From the NCBI RefSeq assembly GCF_000143415.4, contig NW_003314590.1, positions 1 through 10,732 on the forward strand: 10,732 bases of DNA. Reading direction: 5' to 3'. The notes under the pieces are model-generated. The model was not told the DNA's origin. It did no database searches and worked only from the letters and a program-made list of their open reading frames with translations. Shown piece by piece: positions 8,323 through 10,732 of the stretch; position 1 is the stretch's first letter, and each line of letters opens with the position of its first letter. This stretch comes from Selaginella moellendorffii. Lineage: Eukaryota > Plantae > Lycopodiophyta. Position numbers and translations under genes: made by a program.

Positions 8323-8571
8323 ATGGGGTTCGTGATTCAGTGCCCGGTGGTGAGCTTCGAGGATGCCGCGAAGAGAAATACTCTTGGTTTTCTAGTGAGT
8401 ATTGGTGCGAACAAGGCTGAGATCAAGCGGGCTGTGATGGAGCAGTACGGATTGTCCCGGGTCAAGAGCGTTCGGACATGTATACAGGGGAAGGACAAGT
8501 TTGCGTATGTTGTGGTGGATGACGCCTTTGATACGGCAGCGAGGCTGGGATTTCTAGGAACAAACCACTGA
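8323..8571 (+). CDS. Divergent, intronless ribosomal protein uL23 (RPL23A/L25)-like ORF, 82 aa, lacking the eukaryotic N-terminal extension; may be a pseudogene
   Basis: VIQCPVVS..NTLGFLVSIGANKAEIKRAV..QYG..VKSVRT..KDKFAYV..DAFDTAARLGFL aligns with uL23 (IKYPLTTE..NTLVFIVD..ANKxxIKxAV..VNTL..KKAYV..DALDVANKIGI). The frame is open from ATG to TGA. Confidence 0.72.
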   Translation: MGFVIQCPVVSFEDAAKRNTLGFLVSIGANKAEIKRAVMEQYGLSRVKSVRTCIQGKDKFAYVVVDDAFDTAARLGFLGTNH

Positions 8572-8629
8572 TTTCCAATATTTGAATGGAATAAAGTTTC
8601 TTGGGAATCTAAAATTGTCCTCTTCGGTG
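8439..8629 (+). repeat. Right arm of inverted repeat (source order A 8439-8576, B 8577-8629)
   Basis: Reverse complement of 7478-7615 and 7616-7677. Confidence 0.95.
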
Positions 8630-8672
8630 AAATAGAAAGCTATTCGTGTCACGTTTATCAGTTTAATACACG

Positions 8673-9360
8673 ATGGCGAACGTTGGGAAGAACTTCCGAA
8701 GAATGGAGCTTCGGTCCAGGAGGAGCTACTGGGGAGCGGAAGAAAGGAAGCGCCCATTATCTCCAGAAGTTTGGGAGCCCCCAAATTCCCAATCTTAACC
8801 TATGAGGATGTCGCAGGAGAGATTAAAAGGATTGCGTCCGGGAGGGCCAGTTCTTTGTCACGAGGTGAAATCCTCGCTTGACACGAGGTTGTCACTGGGC
8901 AAGAGTACGAGATCGTCATCACAAACTTCGCAGGTCTTAGTTTCTATCGTTTTCAACTTTTTTTTCTTTCTTTTTTTTCTCAGGATTATATCGATACCGG
9001 GGGACGTGGTGAAAGTATCGAGTTTCTTCCATGGAGTTCCTCGGCAAACTCAGAGAAGAGATCAGGAGAGAGCTCTGGGAGAAATGCTGCTCGAGCATAG
9101 ACAGGTCTTTCAATCCGGGATACACTGGAAAGAGGCTGGATGGAGTGATCGACTCGCTGGAGCTGGTGATTGTCAAGGAAGGGACGTTTGCGAGGCTGAT
9201 GGAGGAAGCGGAATGGAACATCGCCAGCGCAGTATAAAACTCCAAGGTGTGTGACCTCTCCAAGAATGCTGGAAGTTCTAGCGTCCAGAGCTACAAGAGT
9301 GGGGAGATTGTGTTCGAGAGCTGGGAGCCAAGCTTTCCACAAGGCAGTGCATCGACATGA
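8673..9360 (+). pseudogene. GH3: Collapsed GH3 pseudogene (start to stop in ~690 nt)
   Basis: Exon-1-like sequence 8673-8863 (gaatggagcttcggtccaggaggag, cccattatctccagaagtttgggagccccc) jumps to late exon 3 at 8864, equivalent to 3181->4114 (~930 nt lost). Intron 8934-8983 is retained. A second ~180-nt deletion lies near 9044, along with many small deletions. Ends FPQGSAST* at 9358-9360. Confidence 0.92.
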
Positions 9361-10732
9361 CCATGAGATTCCTAGAATATACCTGGAAAAGCATCCACAG
9401 AAGTCCATTGCCCCTTGAACTTCTTGATGTTAACAATGGCAGAGCTGGCGCACCAGTTCTTTGACGTAGCGCTTTAAATTGTTCTCTTCTTATCATAAAG
9501 TTTCAAATGGCGAGCATTGCCGAGTTTGAGCGAGCTTGTGAGAATGGAGCTTCGATCCAAGAGGAGTTGCTGGGCGGCATTCTCCGCAAGAATGCAAGCA
9601 CCCATTATCTCCAGAAGTTTGGGAGCCCCCAAAGTCTGGCTGCTTATAAGTCCCAGGTTCCAATCGTATCCTACGAGGATGTTGCCGGAGTGATTGAAAA
9701 GATTGCTTGCGGGGAAGAGGGCCCAATTCTTTGTCACGACCCAGTTCTTTGCTTCTTCGCGAGGTAAGAATTTCTCCCATTCTTTATTTGTGTGAGAATC
9801 TTCTACTTCCAGCTCCGGGACATCGTCTGGGAAGGGTAAGATTATTCCAGTCACTGCTGAGAATATCTCCGCCTTAAGGAGGGCAGCGGAAATTTCCAAT
9901 GCTTACATAACAAGGTAGTTTGCTAACCTTGTTCGATGTGGGTTCAATGTGGAGATTTTTCAGATGTTTCCCAGAGCTTGGAAGTGGAAGAGTGCTCGGT
10001 TTATACTACTGTGTTGATCAATTTCATACCAAGGCGGGCATCTGGGTGGGAGCTCTCACCACTTACTTGATCAAGACCTACAGAGGACCGTTTAACAAGT
10101 TCACCACTCCGTACGAAATGATCATCTCGGGATCAAACTGGCGAGAGCTGACGTACTGCCACTTGCTGTGTGCTTTGATCCAGCGAGACGCGGTGGAACA
10201 GATCGATGCGAGTTTTGCCTACATCATCTCCGAGGCTCTGAAGATCCTCCAGAGTGATTGGCAGGATATTTGCAAAGACATAAGAACTGGCAGCTTGAGC
10301 AGCGGTAAAGTCACACACCCAAAGCTCCAGGAAGCTTTCGCGACTTTTTTGGTTAACAAAGAGAATCTTGCCGGTACCGCCGACGTCATCGCCAAGATTT
10401 GCAGCAGAGAATCGTGGTCTGGAATTCTTTCCTTGCTCTTCCCGGGAGCAAAGCTGGTGTCCGCAGTGGTGACGGGGGCGATGGCACACTTTGTTCCTGA
10501 GTTAAGAGATTACGCAGGTGGCCAAGCTTCCAATCTCCGGGAAAGATTACTACTCGTCTGAGGGAGTTCTTGGGATCAACACAAACCCGGCTTCTCCTCT
10601 TGAGGACGTCGTCTTCACAATTTGACCACACATAATGTACTACGAGTTCTTCCGCTCGGTGCTAATAATCCAGCTGGTGAATCCTGCTCCACACGAGTTG
10701 TCGTTGGCAAGAGTACGAGATGTCATCACGAC
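9150..10732 (+). repeat. Segmental duplication, copy 2 (of 2585-4175), running off the window end
   Basis: Colinear near-identity with 2585-4175. Confidence 0.93.
9507..10732 (+). CDS. GH3: GH3 acyl-acid amido synthetase, 3'-partial; exons 9507-9763, 9813-9914, 9964->10732; lesions only after 10520, probably read-end errors
   Basis: Introns 9764-9812 and 9915-9963 (49 nt each, GT-AG) splice in phase. This gives ILRKNASTHYL, VPIVSYED, FFASSGTSSGKGKIIP with an intact SSGT motif, and an open frame to ~10520. Confidence 0.8.

Noticed and set aside
7703-8420. ORFs 7703..8239 (-), 7829..8098 (+) and 7941..8420 (+) as intact genes
   Set aside because: The minus ORF passes in and out of the RtcA frame across frameshifts; the plus ORFs are GC-rich antisense shadows.

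Overview
Eukaryotic, land-plant-type genomic DNA with very short GT-AG introns of about 47-65 nt. This compact structure plus a divergent GH3 cluster suggests a lycophyte such as Selaginella, which is inference only. The backbone is a tandem array of GH3 acyl-acid amido synthetase genes: a 3' remnant (2585-2796), a full-length but broken copy (2958-4816), a heavily deleted copy (8673-9360) and a copy that runs off the window and may be intact (9507-end). These form a local segmental duplication (2585-4175 vs 9150-10732). Between them lie microdeletion-riddled pieces of unrelated housekeeping genes: a DHHC palmitoyltransferase, an M17 leucine aminopeptidase and an RtcA RNA cyclase. Also present are a short divergent uL23-like ORF with a telo-box whose 3' end is copied as a permuted inverted repeat, and a CpG-depleted decayed multi-exon gene on the minus strand. 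The standout is a clean two-exon ORF (1405-1610 + 1666-2464, 334 aa) encoding a Uma2-like PD-(D/E)xK restriction-endonuclease-fold protein. It resembles Crinkler/CR-REase effector domains of fungi and oomycetes, and it is the only large ORF in the window that is demonstrably undamaged. All family assignments come from remembered motifs, not from searches.
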